DNA from: Babesia bigemina
Lineage: Eukaryota
Direction of reading: 5' to 3'
Assembly (NCBI RefSeq): GCF_000981445.1
Contig: NC_027217.1
Location: 1,860,001 to 1,924,000, forward strand
DNA length: 64,000 bases
Shown: in pieces, positions 45,801-57,144 of the stretch
How the letters are laid out: each line of letters starts with the position of its first letter
How positions within the stretch are numbered: the stretch's first letter is position 1
Position numbers and translations under genes: made by a program
Notes under the pieces: generated by a model
Database searches by the model: none
The model's input: the letters and a program-made list of their open reading frames with translations, nothing else
Told to the model about the DNA's origin: nothing

Positions 45801-46833
45801 CCCAGAACAGCGGTATCATACGCATGGCCAGCCACGCCAGCCCGCCAGCAGAACGAGAGCACAAACGCAATCGCCGGCTTACACGGCTGACCATGTGCTG
45901 CGAAACAGACGACCACAAAGTGTGCCATCAATGAGGAGCATGCTGGATCGGCAGGTGCACCTCAAATCATTCGAAGGCCGGCTGACAAAATTAGGTGTCT
46001 ACATGCGACCATTTTACACGCTGGACCAAAAGTGGAAACGGGTGGCCAAATTCCGGTCGTACCTGCGCAACCACATCAGAGGAATGTTGATGCACAAGGG
46101 CAAGGCCATACACATGCTGAATACCGCGACCTCGCTACACGGCGCTGACGTACTCGGCATGGACGACAAACACTACACCATCATGTGGGTAGGCACGCCC
46201 GCAAGATGCACCGTACCCAACCACAGCCTTTCCGAGCGCGTGTGGCACGCTATGCGCAAACTGTTTGAGGAGAACAGCCACCATATGTATTTTGCAGTGC
46301 TGAAGGCGGAAAATGGCGGATACCTCTGCGTCCCCTCCATGTTCATAAAGGACATATGCGAGATATCTAACACTGTAGAACCCGTCAGAGGCGCCATCCT
46401 TTTGTCAAGACCCGCGGAAATAGCGTTGAGCCCGAAGGAAGGCGTCCCTCAGGACGCCATGGTCGACAGGCTGCGGTACCTCGTTATGACGGATAAGGAG
46501 GGCAACGAAGCCGAGATGCTCCCATCGCGAATGGAAGCCGCCAGCTTCCTTCCTAGCGCCACCTTGGAGCTGGTTAGAATCGGCATAGAGACGGTCGAGA
46601 GGTACAAGGCCGTGGAGGAGCGGCTGACGGAGGACGCGGTGAAGAAGATGCTCGAGAGCCCGGAGTCCGGAATCACGACCCGCGACAAGGCGCTGCACAT
46701 GCTCAGAACGACGCGATCGATATACGCGAATCGCGCACTGGGTGGTCTGGAACAACACCTGAGGCAGAGACAGGCGCAACAACGGACTTGGGGGCGTGTT
46801 CCGCGCAGCCCTGCAGACATGCTGTACTACTGA
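42817..46833 (+). CDS. Large hypothetical protein with bipartite (signal + basic transit-like) leader; degenerate Ski2/DExH-helicase-like segment
   Basis: 4-kb ORF; leader MGGVKLLALLLSLLHSCNG; 'IYPTVIFARH' and 'LKRGVACLGRNVHPLTEDFVKRHLHMFKVVVT' resemble Ski2-family RecA2 motifs. Start could be 42787. Confidence 0.8.
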   Translation: MGGVKLLALLLSLLHSCNGERRLHREPCIRALQPSVQIHAYIGVLRTSSRYVNSRGSLSKVNVADSAECVEEDVDQNGFTSEGSRDEGSRRSNDHAITSCDATVNNNGIVGPAEPTAYAGIDDAKRQEQQTEQMILLPEDRSRYEYITRLSGDGTDDHVEQNGELSSASTEDYGNRKEDAVPNELRNANSTYPEAYSGGFERKQRNKEAVSTQTSANQPHSPRAAPVKSVNLDDMVEEAFKNQKPADHICIMRYTAGYRAEFLKELLGRLGEHKRKTKNAPHVLYVDRFPHNLKAIRESHKQEMDDFGKVNTISKRKISIAPNNLFTIAELVELSLVYHAINTYGEERAAELLEHLRNMRLHDKIVEYDLCEEEAFADEASAGTPENDAKAVTELSFKGAPVDETNQEEFAAVLRSLIESFFLSHDEVANRDWNYDGVFAPQKETLISARRLLQSTYHSAAQLADRLQINEPSKRIVILDGFAPRYFPTEATHGTALFDLVMTAMRKECQIAAMSYQLFNPQNVAQWMRRNIGPADFGVAAQFPECRVFKDDWHFNPFENGATPTYGIAEVNFLRKVLAENHLCPRTLFHKPIKDTTPSNWPINKQFEAMLKDILKQAMLINGIDTMHKLKHHSRGTYDYVKQYLPGGKGHRPAEKIGESGATVYGASDEAPQSTEQPDDTESMTIDDLLDQVIDLGRRHGAVKLMQKLNLNSAIQSMSNQVAKSVIDRVMKDGIYPTVIFARHADVEEYKPVLLENFEPIQEMENLVKEYALDSGDVEYLKRGVACLGRNVHPLTEDFVKRHLHMFKVVVTFLGLRGARHYVCQYPMDQRLNNIQTLRYPAPLLSTVLGAERLSFYGMPPSSTLNALSSLLSTIPTDYRWFVPLAALKHSMAHLPEAVMSNPKLASSFEKGTFAKFMMDCSDAYVDRNDGVFNAASDGTEKVNCCTELYRRRGNTSYTSALAKVPSHKWEENVLYYGSNGYRTSRKYANQSAENPEQRYHTHGQPRQPASRTRAQTQSPAYTADHVLRNRRPQSVPSMRSMLDRQVHLKSFEGRLTKLGVYMRPFYTLDQKWKRVAKFRSYLRNHIRGMLMHKGKAIHMLNTATSLHGADVLGMDDKHYTIMWVGTPARCTVPNHSLSERVWHAMRKLFEENSHHMYFAVLKAENGGYLCVPSMFIKDICEISNTVEPVRGAILLSRPAEIALSPKEGVPQDAMVDRLRYLVMTDKEGNEAEMLPSRMEAASFLPSATLELVRIGIETVERYKAVEERLTEDAVKKMLESPESGITTRDKALHMLRTTRSIYANRALGGLEQHLRQRQAQQRTWGRVPRSPADMLYY

Positions 46834-46898
46834 CAATAGCGCCGACAATTTCTCAATTTTCAGACGCGCGTTCCCATCTGACCTTAGAGTGCACCAAG

Positions 46899-47300
46899 AT
46901 GTCGTGGATCACCGACATCCAGGCATCGCTGCAAAGTGGCGTCGTGGTAGGTCGCGCACGGCCTATCGCCGTTCGCCGCGCGATGCGGCTATAACGCTGT
47001 AGTTACACTGCTGCTGATGTGCTTTGGCTGTTCTAACGCGTGTGCAGGACTTCTACGGGCAGAATCTCAGCTGGCACGTTCTCAACGTCCTCCTCGTCAT
47101 CGGGACCGTCACGGGGGTGATCGTCGGCCAGGTGAAGCAGGATTTCGACATTACCATGAGGATCGTAATCGGCACGAGCCTGCTGTGTGCTGTCGTAGGT
47201 GCGCTGCTCGAGTGATCAATGCGTTCAGGTCTGCACGCCAGCGTGGCCGATGTACAACCGCCACCAGATTCCCTGGAAGCCTGTTAAGGAGGATAAGTGA
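46899..47300 (+). CDS. SPCS1: Signal peptidase complex subunit SPC12; introns 46947-47047 and 47195-47228
   Basis: Spliced: MSWITDIQASLQSGVV|DFYGQNLS...two TM segments...|VCTPAWPMYNRHQIPWKP, matching the SPC12 motifs 'DF.GQ' and 'P.WP.Y.R....W'. Confidence 0.93.
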
Positions 47301-47628
47301 TCCTCACGTTATTGCAACCCGTTCTATGTGTCCGTTGAAGTGTTGTTTGGCGCGGAATCTCACGCTAATCCCGCGCCGCGATTCACAGTGTTCGCTGCGC
47401 CCGGTGACTCAGGGTCTCCGACTGCGCGAATATGGCGGCCGTCACACCGATCGGCGCCCAGAAAGTCACAGTTTAGCCAAGTAGCTCATGCAACAATGCA
47501 GCTTAATAATTTCTACCTGTAACTCGACGACTGGGCGCCAGGCACGCGCCCCAAGCGTGCGCGCGTGGAGAAGCGGTGGGCGGTCTCACGCGACACTGCT
47601 CGTTCCCCGCTCGTGCAAACATGCACAC

Positions 47629-49667
47629 ATGAAGACTCAGGGGTGGAAGCAGAATAGAGTCGCCAGGGAACTCGGCGGGTTCGAAGGCGACGAGATGGGC
47701 CGCGACGTCGCGCTCCCGCACAGTAACAAGTTCCGAGATAACGAGGGCAAGCGACGCAGCCACGCGGATTACAAGCAAGGTGGCTACTACAGCGGCTCCT
47801 CGCGCCGCAGGTACGACGACGGCGCCTCGGATAGCTACCGCCGGCACTACGACGCCGGAGACCACGGCAGGCACCACCGCTACGACGACCGCGACCAGTA
47901 TGCTGACCCCAGAGCCTATCGCAGTGCACGATACGACCGTAGGTCGTACGACGACGAGCGGGACCACTACGTGGACTCCAGGTACTACCGCGGGGGCCGC
48001 TACGACGACCACCCGAAATATCGCAAAACAACCGGACACTACGATGAGAGGGAACAGCACGACGACCGGTATGACCGCTACGACAGGTACGACCGCTACC
48101 ACCGCTCCGGACGCAGCTACTCGCCGCAAACGCCGTACTCGGACAGGCGGAGCCCGAACATGCGCAAGGGCGAATACTCGCCGCCGCCAACCCCGCCGGC
48201 CGACGCGTTCATGCCCCCAGAGATACCGCCTGCGGGCGATACGACCGCGGCCAAGCCGGATCAGCGGAGTAACCTGGCAAGTGCACATTCTGGCGCATCC
48301 AGCACCCACGCGACGGCACACGGTGACCAGGCGACAGCCAAGTCCCGGGATGATGGTAAAAAGTCGGACCCCGCACATAAGAGCGACTCCAAAGTTAGTG
48401 ATCCGAGGGTTGGATCGAAACTGTACGCGGCGAGGTTGACCACGTCGTTCGACGTGGTCACGCTGCCGCGAGTGGCCCCGGCTGACGCCTCCCTCGCGTC
48501 GCCGCCGTTCGACATGCGCGTGCAGTGGAGATCCCTCAAGCCCGTGGCGAACGGATTCTCATCGCCAATCGAGCGCATAAACACGTACATGTGCGCACCG
48601 AGGACGCAGGTTTTCAAGGAGTGGTGGCTTAAGGGTAGGTTCAGCCACGCGCCGAGTAACACCGCTCAGGCACCCTGTCGCTGCTGATGATGGGCATACC
48701 GAGGCAGTGGCAGCCGCACGAGGTACTGGCGTACATCATGGACGCGTATGACCAGCTCCTGGATTGGGACGACGTCCTGGACGAAAGCAACAACGGCGGC
48801 GACGCGTCTTCCGACGCCGAAGACGCCCGACGCGACCACGTCGAGTGGTGCCGCCAAATTGGACTCAGGAAGTTCGTGCTGCTCTTCGGAGACAGCGGGA
48901 TCGCTGTCAACGAGATACCGCTGCAATATCGCAGGACCGCCGACCCCAGCCACGCACCCACTGCCGGCGCGCAAAGCAGGGCACATGTGGTCAACGAGCA
49001 GCCAGACGCCATGGCGCTCATGATATTCGAAACCGAGGCGTATGCCATGCAGTTTTGGGCAGCGATGGCGTCCAACTGCATCAAGGCGTATCCCTCCACC
49101 ATAGTGGTGGCACCGGACCCCTCGGGGTGGCGCATCTACACGGAGGCGATCGCACTGTGGTTCAACGGGGAGGTCATGGGGCAGTTGGCCCCGGCGCAGG
49201 TGCAGAACAACCTGGCCAAGGACAAGCAGAACGACGACCTGCTGGCGGTGCTCACGACCAACAAGGCGCAGGACGAGGGGACGACGAAGCAGAAGACGAT
49301 ACCACAGCTCACGTTCGTGTCGCCCTACATATCGAACCCCGACGACGCCAACGAAATCGCCAACGCACTTACCAAAATCGGAATCAAGTGCATGTACCAC
49401 AAGCCGTCGAAAATCATGTCATTTCAGTTCCCCAACGAAACGCTGTTCTCCACCCTGGCGCTGTGCCACCGCTTTTTCATATCGCCTTCGGGCTCCAGGG
49501 TGCACTGCTGCTTCATCAGGTGCCTGGGCAAGTTCCTCCCCGTTGTCAAACGGACCAACGTGGAGCACCTCTCGAGCTCGATCGAAAAGAGCAAGACCGC
49601 GCCGCCGAAGCCCTGCAAATTCAAGCCGCCCAGTGTCGGTATCGTCACCATAGAGGGTACCCAATAA
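47629..49667 (+). CDS. Arg/Asp/Tyr-rich hypothetical protein with possible degenerate RRMs; intron 48635-48669
   Basis: Low-complexity RYDD/RYDR N-terminus; a 35-nt intron joins two ORFs in frame; 'LLMMGIP..W...EV..YI' and 'MALMIFETEAYA' are RNP2/RNP1-like. Start may be 47695. Confidence 0.7.
48061..48105 (+). repeat. Imperfect 9-nt coding tandem repeat (DRY)n
   Basis: gac cgg tat gac cgc tac gac agg tac gac cgc tac cac cgc. Confidence 0.7.
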
Positions 49668-49679
49668 CATGAGCTCAAA

Positions 49680-50945
49680 TGCGGCTAATTGTATGCGTAA
49701 CATGTAACTGAGTGCGTTGCGGCCTGGAGGAGGCGTGGCAGCGCTGTTGGTGGCAGCGCCACTTGAGCCGGGGCGGTTGTGGTGGATTGGTGTAATCCCC
49801 AGCTGTGCATCGCCACTTCCTGAATGATGGTGGAATCGCTATAGGCGATGACAGATGTTCCACCAACGGCTGTGTAGATGGGCAGGGCCATGTAGTGGAG
49901 TTGAGCACGCTGGCGCTGCCTATGCCACAGCCATGCTTGCGCAGGCACAACCACAATGGTACCGTGAACCAAAAAAAGTGACCGTTCAGAGCTGCGTAGT
50001 GCGTAGATGCACGATATAATATTCACAAAGTTGGTAGAACACTAGGTCTGACGTCCGTAAGATGTGAAGGCCAAACCGACGACAGAAACCTCAGGCCCCC
50101 ACATGCATTGGAGACGCCTTGACGACGCGACAGACTCTGTTCACGGCGTCGCGGGTGGTGAACCCGACAAACGCCCAGCCCGCGTCGTTCGGGCAGTTCT
50201 CGCACATGTAGACCTCGACGTCGCCGAAATTCTCGATCTCAGAACGCAAGGAACTCTACACGAAATTAAATCACGAACTCATTGCCGCATTGGCAGCATA
50301 TGCAGACCAATAACACGAATATTGGCGAAAACAGTTCAAGGAAAAATTATGCAAACAACGTAATCACGTGCCACATGGTGGAGGTGCCAACACATAAAGG
50401 TATGGATATGTTGCTGGATGCAAATGCATATGCACAGACAAGTTGTGATTTAACTTCAGTGCACATAACAGGCACTGTCTAGGCTTCTATGGTCACTGCG
50501 GCCATGGGAGGGTACAGTTGGGCCGCAAGCCATGGAAGGGTACAGTGGGACCACGAAGCGTAGACCACATACAAAAACATTTGCACTCGATACTGCCACA
50601 GATACGAAAGTTCAACGTTTCAAAGAACGCCAGCCAGCGCACCATACGTGGAGATTCACCGAGTGACCTTGACGCCACGGCATCGAACATGAACACGGGT
50701 AGGAATAAAACGGGAATGTAATGGGCAGCCAAAGCCGTTATAATTATTTCTATCGAGAATCACCGGCACATGGACGGCACACAGTTAAATTAGTCGGAAA
50801 AAACGAAACAAACATCAGGGAGCTGTACACCACCTACCGTATCTACATGCGTAGGGATTCCCATGATAAACATCCGACTGTTCGGGTCTATGCGACCCTG
50901 GGAGGTGCATCTAGAGTACTTCTCCTGAGCTTTACCTGCTGCCAT
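49680..50945 (-). CDS. RRM RNA-binding protein; exon 1 50945-50838, 582-nt intron 50837-50256, exon 2 from 50255; 3' exons uncertain
   Basis: Spliced MAAGKAQEKYSRCTSQGRIDPNSRMFIMGIPTHVDT|SSLRSEIENFGDVEVYMCENCPNDAGWAFVGFTTRDAVNR: RNP2 (MFIMGI) and RNP1 (GWAFVGF) at the expected spacing. Confidence 0.75.
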
Positions 50946-51041
50946 TGTTAGAGATATTCCACTGGTGTATATGAAGTGAGATGAATTCGCGGATGGGCGA
51001 GCCAGTGAACGCAGCAGTGCGCGCGGAAGCACACACAGACT

Positions 51042-54000
51042 CTACTCCCCGTCGTACACGCATATCACGTCTTCGACCTCCGCGCTCTCCAACAAACTGT
51101 CCAACTCCGACTGCCACTGCGCATTCACCTCCGCAATGCGGGAGCGCACACGCTCACGAACGCTCTGCAGTGTTTGAATCACAGTGTCACGCTTGGCCTT
51201 GCGATCCGACGCAGGCATGCGCTTAAGCAGCGTTATCATGGTCCCGAAGCAGTCCATCAGACGCCTCAACTGCGACACGTCATGCTCGCGCTGCAGCTCG
51301 GCGTCAGCCTTCGCCTCGCTTAGGCTGCTCACGATGGCGCTCTCTATGGAACGGTACTCGCGGAACGTGCATTCCAGCGCCTCCACGTAGAATTTCTGGC
51401 ACGCGAAGTACCGGGCGCACAGCTTCCAGATATCAGCGTTGTCGGTGACGTTCTTGGTGACACAGTCCAAAGTGCGCGCCAGCATGCGCTGGGTCGCATG
51501 TTTGGATGGAAAACGGGTCGACGAGTCGACCAAGAATGCGACTATGCCAGGCTCTATCAACGTTTTCTGGGGTGCGATAACGGGCGCTGGGTTGAGTGGA
51601 AGGCTCACCTTGCCTAGGTTAATCAGCTTCTCGATTGACAGGCAGACACTTTGCAGGTCACGGGACTGCGCATCGTTGTGCACAGAAACAGTCGGGTACA
51701 ACCTACCCGCAGCGATATGCGCATACGGATGTCCCAGAACTCCCATTTGCCGGGTTGATGCTTAACCGCTTGGTCGATGCACAGGCTGGCCTCGCGAAGG
51801 TTGCCGATCTGGAAGGCAATGTCAACTTAAGTGAAGCACAGGGTCACCCACATTCAAATGCGCGCTGCACATGTTGGCCCACGCATCGGGTGAAGATGGG
51901 TTCAACGCGATGACGCGGGAAAACACGCCCACCGCACGATCCAGCTTGCCAGTCTTCAGGTAGCAGCAGCCTAGCAGGAACTGGCTCGACTCCCGCATGG
52001 GGTTGATCGCGAGGGCTAACTCAAGCGCATTTATTGCAGCCTCAAGATCGCCCTTGTTGAAGTAGTAGGAACCCAAGGTGCGCTGTGCGCGGGCGCAACG
52101 GCCTTTAGACAGCTCCCTGCAGGGCTGTAAAGATTAAAAAAGCGAAAACCAACCAAGCGGTCTTGTAATGCGATATGTTGCCCTCAATGTCACCCAGGAA
52201 ACACCACAGCAACGGCGTTGGGGAGCTCTTGATATGGTTCATGACCTGAGCGTACGTGTGGTTGCAAACTCGTCGGCACCAACCAGCTCACGGGCGTCGT
52301 TCTTACGGCCCACGATGATCAAGCACTGGATGGCGTCTTCCCACATGTGCAGCTTCTTGTATATCTCGAAGGCGCTCAGGAAGGAGCCTATTGAGCAAAG
52401 ACGCCGCGCAATCTCGCGCTTAATGCCCCAACTGCTGGGCGACCACACGTGCCAGACGAACTCCAGCCGACTGGCGGCGGTGGCCTCAGATTCGTAGTAG
52501 GAATCGCTTAACTTGTGCAGCTGCAAGCTGGCGCGCTCAACGGTCTTGGTTCGGTGGTATTCGGTCTTGCAACGCACCCAGAGCGCGACCGACGAAAGCA
52601 GCCACGACGCGGCGCCTTCCGTGGAACCCAGGCAGCGCACCACGATAGCGTTCAAAAATTCAAGGTTCAGCTCGTCGCCCTCCGGCACCGTCTGTATCAT
52701 ATGCAGGGCCTTGGCAAGCAGAATGCATTGCTCCGCAGCGGACAACGGGGCATCATCTGACTCCTCAGACAGCTTGGGGCGTTCAAGGATGTCAGTATCC
52801 TCGTTCACAGAGCTGAGGGAGATATCTTCCGGACGCTCTGAGGTAGAGAGCGACGATGAGTTGTTCTCCTGCGAATCGCCATCTGAAGTTGAGGACGATG
52901 GTTCAACCGCATTACCGGTTGCTGCATCCGGGGTAGGCGTGCCAGAGGCAGCTGCGAGGTCGCTGGAGTCAGCAGGTGGATCTACAGCTGATCTCGTTAC
53001 CCTACCAGACCTCGATTGCCCATTGTTAGACCCTCCAGCAACCACTACAAGCTGAGGGATTACACGGACCTGATACTTCCGGCGTATACCCAAGCGGCCG
53101 GTGAACGAGAAAGTAAACCCAATCAACGACGTTGCCAGCGACAACAAGTGCTCAAACAGTTTGGCCATGTTGTAATACGGCAAGCGCAGCGCAAGCTCCA
53201 ATATCAACAATGACCCCATCTCCGGCGAGCATTCCAGCGGCGAGCCATTGAAACCTCTGATGGCATCCTGCAGAAATGTGCCACCGTTAGATGGACCCGA
53301 TGCTTCCAGAGAGCCCATAAGTTGGTCATCGCCATTAGCGGCATCAGTGACGGAATTCATCAGGGCGGGATCGCATATGGAGAGGGTGAAGTCTTCGGGT
53401 AGGACTTTCCACGACTTCAGAATAGAGCTGAAATCGGAGACCGCGCTTCGGAAGAGATGGGGGCAGGGGTTCACCATGGAGTTGCGCACTATTCTCTGCC
53501 AGACGAAAGCGGCACGGCCGCGCCATACACCGACAGTGGTCAACGCGCAATGGCGCATACCATCCTGATGGTCCGTTGTCTTATCCGACCCGGTAGCACC
53601 GGTAGTACCGCCTGATGCTGATGAATCGCCTTTTGTAAGGCGATCAATTCCACCTAACGTCGACAATAACGCCAAAGCCGCCACAAAGTACGGAGCGCCG
53701 GCGATGCCAGTGTAGACGGGCTCGCCGTCGATCTGCAGCGCGTCCAAAATGCTGCGGATGAACCCGGCATATGCGGTTGAGTCCGACTCCACATCAATTC
53801 CACGCGTATCCGGAGATCCGAGCACGCAACGCTGGTTGAACTCGGATGCGACCTTCTCCAAAGCAAAAGCAGAGAACGATGTGCCGTCGTTCGCAAACGA
53901 ATACAACGAATCCAGACTTAAAACACTATCCCGGTCGTCAGAGACCACCTTGTCGCGGTATTGTGCCGCCAGATGCTGGTTAGACGGGCTCAAAATCCCA

Positions 54001-54404
54001 CAGGGAGGACCCATCCAATTAACGCGTACGAAGATGTTCAGCAGCAGCACCGCGCTGGCAAGCACGTAGATGTCTTCCAGGCCATCTCGCGCTCCTGATT
54101 CGACGAACTGTATTGCTCTGTTCACCAGATGGTCGTACAGCGACTTGCAAGAACTCGCGGCGGGCACATCAGACACGTCGTAAAACACCGATCCGCCAAG
54201 GCAACGATCCACCAGGGTCATTCCCCTGTACACATCGCACTCAACGGCGTATCGGATGACATCCAGGGCCTCTTGCAGCCACTTGGTGGATGCGTTAGCG
54301 CGAACAGCCTCCTCTAAGCGTGACCTGGATTCCTTGGAAGGCGCCAGCAAAAGGCTCTCCAGACGAGGCAATAACTCGACGGCAACCGCTGAATATGACT
54401 GCAT
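51042..54404 (-). CDS. TTC27: Tetratricopeptide repeat protein TTC27/Emw1-like, multi-exon
   Basis: 'FVRVNWMGP', 'FTGRLGIRRKYQ', 'RTKTVERASLQL', 'SAFEIYKKLHMWEDAIQC', and TPR exons such as 'ARAQRTLGSYYF' and 'PDAWANM'. Confidence 0.88.
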
Positions 54405-54569
54405 TGTCACGTGTATTTGGTAAATTTGCGATATTGTAAAATATAACAGAAGAAAGTGTATCAACGAGCATATTAAGGACCCAATAACCCTGGGGAAGGT
54501 CGCGTCGAAGGTGCTGGCGGTGACAACGTTCCAGGCACCGTGCACGAATTATGGTACCATCACCGTAAT

Positions 54570-55857
54570 ATGTTTGCTTTAAGGAGCCTCGTGCGGGGGT
54601 TGTCGTACGCGCAAGCGCCGCGAGCATGCCACTGCTCGGCGCCGCCGCAAAGTAGACACGTATCGCACGTTAAGGCGTTCAGAATCAAGGGGTACCCGTT
54701 CGAGAAGGTCAGAGCGCCCAAAACGGAGTGGTACAAGCGCGCGGAGGCGGCGTTCCTGGCGGAGCGCGCCAGAGTGCCGCACGGACTGGTCGGAAGATGG
54801 CAACCAGAGGACCTCTCGGGGCTGGACCCCCGCATATCGCAGGCGCTCAGCCTCAAGTGCGCAAACGGCAGGGAAATCAGACGAGCGCGCACATTGATAC
54901 TCATGAAACACCTGCAGAAGGAGCCGTTCGACACTGGAAGTGCGCCGGTGCAACGTAAGTCATTAACAGTGACAGGGGGTGATGGGCAGCACGACATATG
55001 TAATGTACTGGTGAATCTGCGTCATAATGTTGAATGCATAATGCAGTGATGACGTGGCTGGACGATTTGATGCTGCAGCTGCCATGTATAACAGCTGCAT
55101 TGTGCTATCACATGTCCGCCTTATCGCTATCAATTTTTTGCAAAAAGCGTCCGACTCATATCGTCGCAGTTGCGTGCGTGTCCGAGAAGATTCTCAACCT
55201 CAGGGCGCACCTCATACGGCACCCGCGCGATAACTGCAGGAAGCGTGCCATGGCAATCCTGCTCAGCAGGCGGCACAAGCTCATGAAGCGGCTGTACAAC
55301 GAGGACTTCCAGCTATACCAGCATGTGTGCAAGGTGCTGAGTGAGTTAAGGCGCTGGTTACAAGTCATTGACGCGCAGAGCTGAAGTGCGTGCTCTTCTC
55401 GGTGCCGGACTCCAGGAACAGAGCAAAGGTACCGTCCAGACAGCTATAGTCAAAACGTGCAGGCGATTAACACCATAGGCGTGGATGGCGACATTTGCAA
55501 GTTCCTCATCAGGCAGAAGCTGTGGTGGGGTTAGTTTTCGGCCCTACGCGTGGTCGCGTTAGGTAGCACCGCTCATGCCACCGCAGGCAGGTTCAGGCCG
55601 CGGCCGATAGCGCTACCGTCCGGGAAGAAGATTGCGTACACCAGACACCCTATAGAACCGCCGCCAGCGGATTTCAACAGTTAGTTTGGCCAGTACCCAC
55701 CGCAGAACAGCAACGCGCAGAGCCAAAGGTGCATAAGGACCAGCTGTCTCCAGCCTGGCCCTACGGCGTGTCGCCGCAAAGAATCGCGGGGAAATATATC
55801 ATATACAACCCTACTGCTCCAGGAGCCGGCTACTGCCCGGTGCCCATCCTGTTCTAG
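54570..55857 (+). CDS. MRPS15: Mitochondrial ribosomal protein uS15, multi-exon
   Basis: Presequence; 'DTGSAPVQ|LACVSEKILNLRAHLIRHPRDNCRKRAMAILLSRRHKLMKRL' is the S15 signature; long C-terminal extension ending at TAG 55855-55857. Confidence 0.9.
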
Positions 55858-56264
55858 CGCCGCAGCAGCTCCCCCGGCACAGGGGTAGAATCCTTGGGCC
55901 GGAACACCAAGGGTCGCGGAAACCTGTTATAATTTCCCATCTATAAACTAGCATACTATCATATGTGTGAGCACAACCAGCTGTGCACAGTTTGATTTCC
56001 ACGAACGGGCGGACTGGCAGCCCGGGCTTGCGACTCGACTAGTGGGGACGAAATCGGGGTCGGCTGCCACAGGGCCCGGAACGCGCATTAAAAGCTTTGT
56101 ATCCGACAGGGGATAAATACCAGGCAAGGTAGTAAATTATAGAGGTAAGCAGGGAGCCGTGGTAGCCCGGCAACGCGCCAGGCCTACAGCGTGTGATAGG
56201 GCGCCCAGCAGGCGCGACATCCACTGCCGTAACAGACGCTAATTCCGCGCAGATATTTGCCAAG

Positions 56265-56875
56265 ATGAAGACCAGACTATCATCTGATATCCTTAAGATC
56301 CCCGACGGAGGTAAGCGAGCAGCACTCTCGCCCTAACGCCGCACGCAGTCACCGTCGACGTCAGGTCGCGCAAGGTTACCGTCAAGGGCAAGTACGGCGA
56401 CCTCACCCGCGACTTCTCGCACGTACCCATCGAGATCAGGCTTTCCAAGGACAGGAAAACCGTCATCTTGATGCAGTGGTTCGGGACCAAGTCCATGATC
56501 GCCACCATCAGGACCGTCATGACACACATCAACAACATGATCACCGGTGTCACCAAGAAGTACCAGTACAAGATGAGGCTCGTACACGCGCACTTTCCCA
56601 TCAACTCCAACATCGCTGATGATGGAAAGTCGATTGAAATCAGGAACTTCTTGGGCGAGAAGCGCGTCAGGATTGTCAAGGTGCTGCCAGGTGTCAAAAT
56701 CGAAAAGTCCGACGCCGTCAAGGACGAGATCATCCTCACCGGCGTGGACGTAGAGAGCGTCGGCAGGTCCGCCGCGCTCATCCACCAGTGTGCCCTGGTC
56801 AGGAACAAGGACATCAGGCAGTTCCTCGACGGTATCTACGTCAGCGAGAAAGGCCTTGTTGACCAGGAGCTGTAA
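56265..56875 (+). CDS. RPL9: 60S ribosomal protein L9 (uL6); intron 56311-56348, probable 5'-UTR intron 56129-56252
   Basis: 'MKT....IPDGVTV','NMITGVTK.YQYKMRLVHAHFPIN','IEIRNFLGEK','KDIRQFLDGIYVSEKG'. Confidence 0.98.
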
Positions 56876-57144
56876 CTGCTTTTCTAAATTCTTCATCAGT
56901 GGCAAATGCGTGCTGCGGCAGTCGTGTTCACATGACGTGCCGCCGATCTTCATGCCCCTCACCGTCGACCAGGTGTCATCGACCGATGACCGAATGGGCG
57001 CTGCCGATGTGGTTACGGCCGTGTGGTGATGTGTATTGGTGCTGCGATAGTTAGCATATTGACTTCTGTTGGTTGGATTTATGTGGCGGCGACATGCTAG
57101 TCTGCCTGTGGGCTGGGTGGCCTAGATGCGGCCGGGTGTAACGT

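Noticed and set aside
56010..56075. Stem-loop with GAAA upstream of RPL9, considered as a hammerhead or other ncRNA
   Set aside because: No CUGANGA core or other diagnostic motif; likely promoter sequence.
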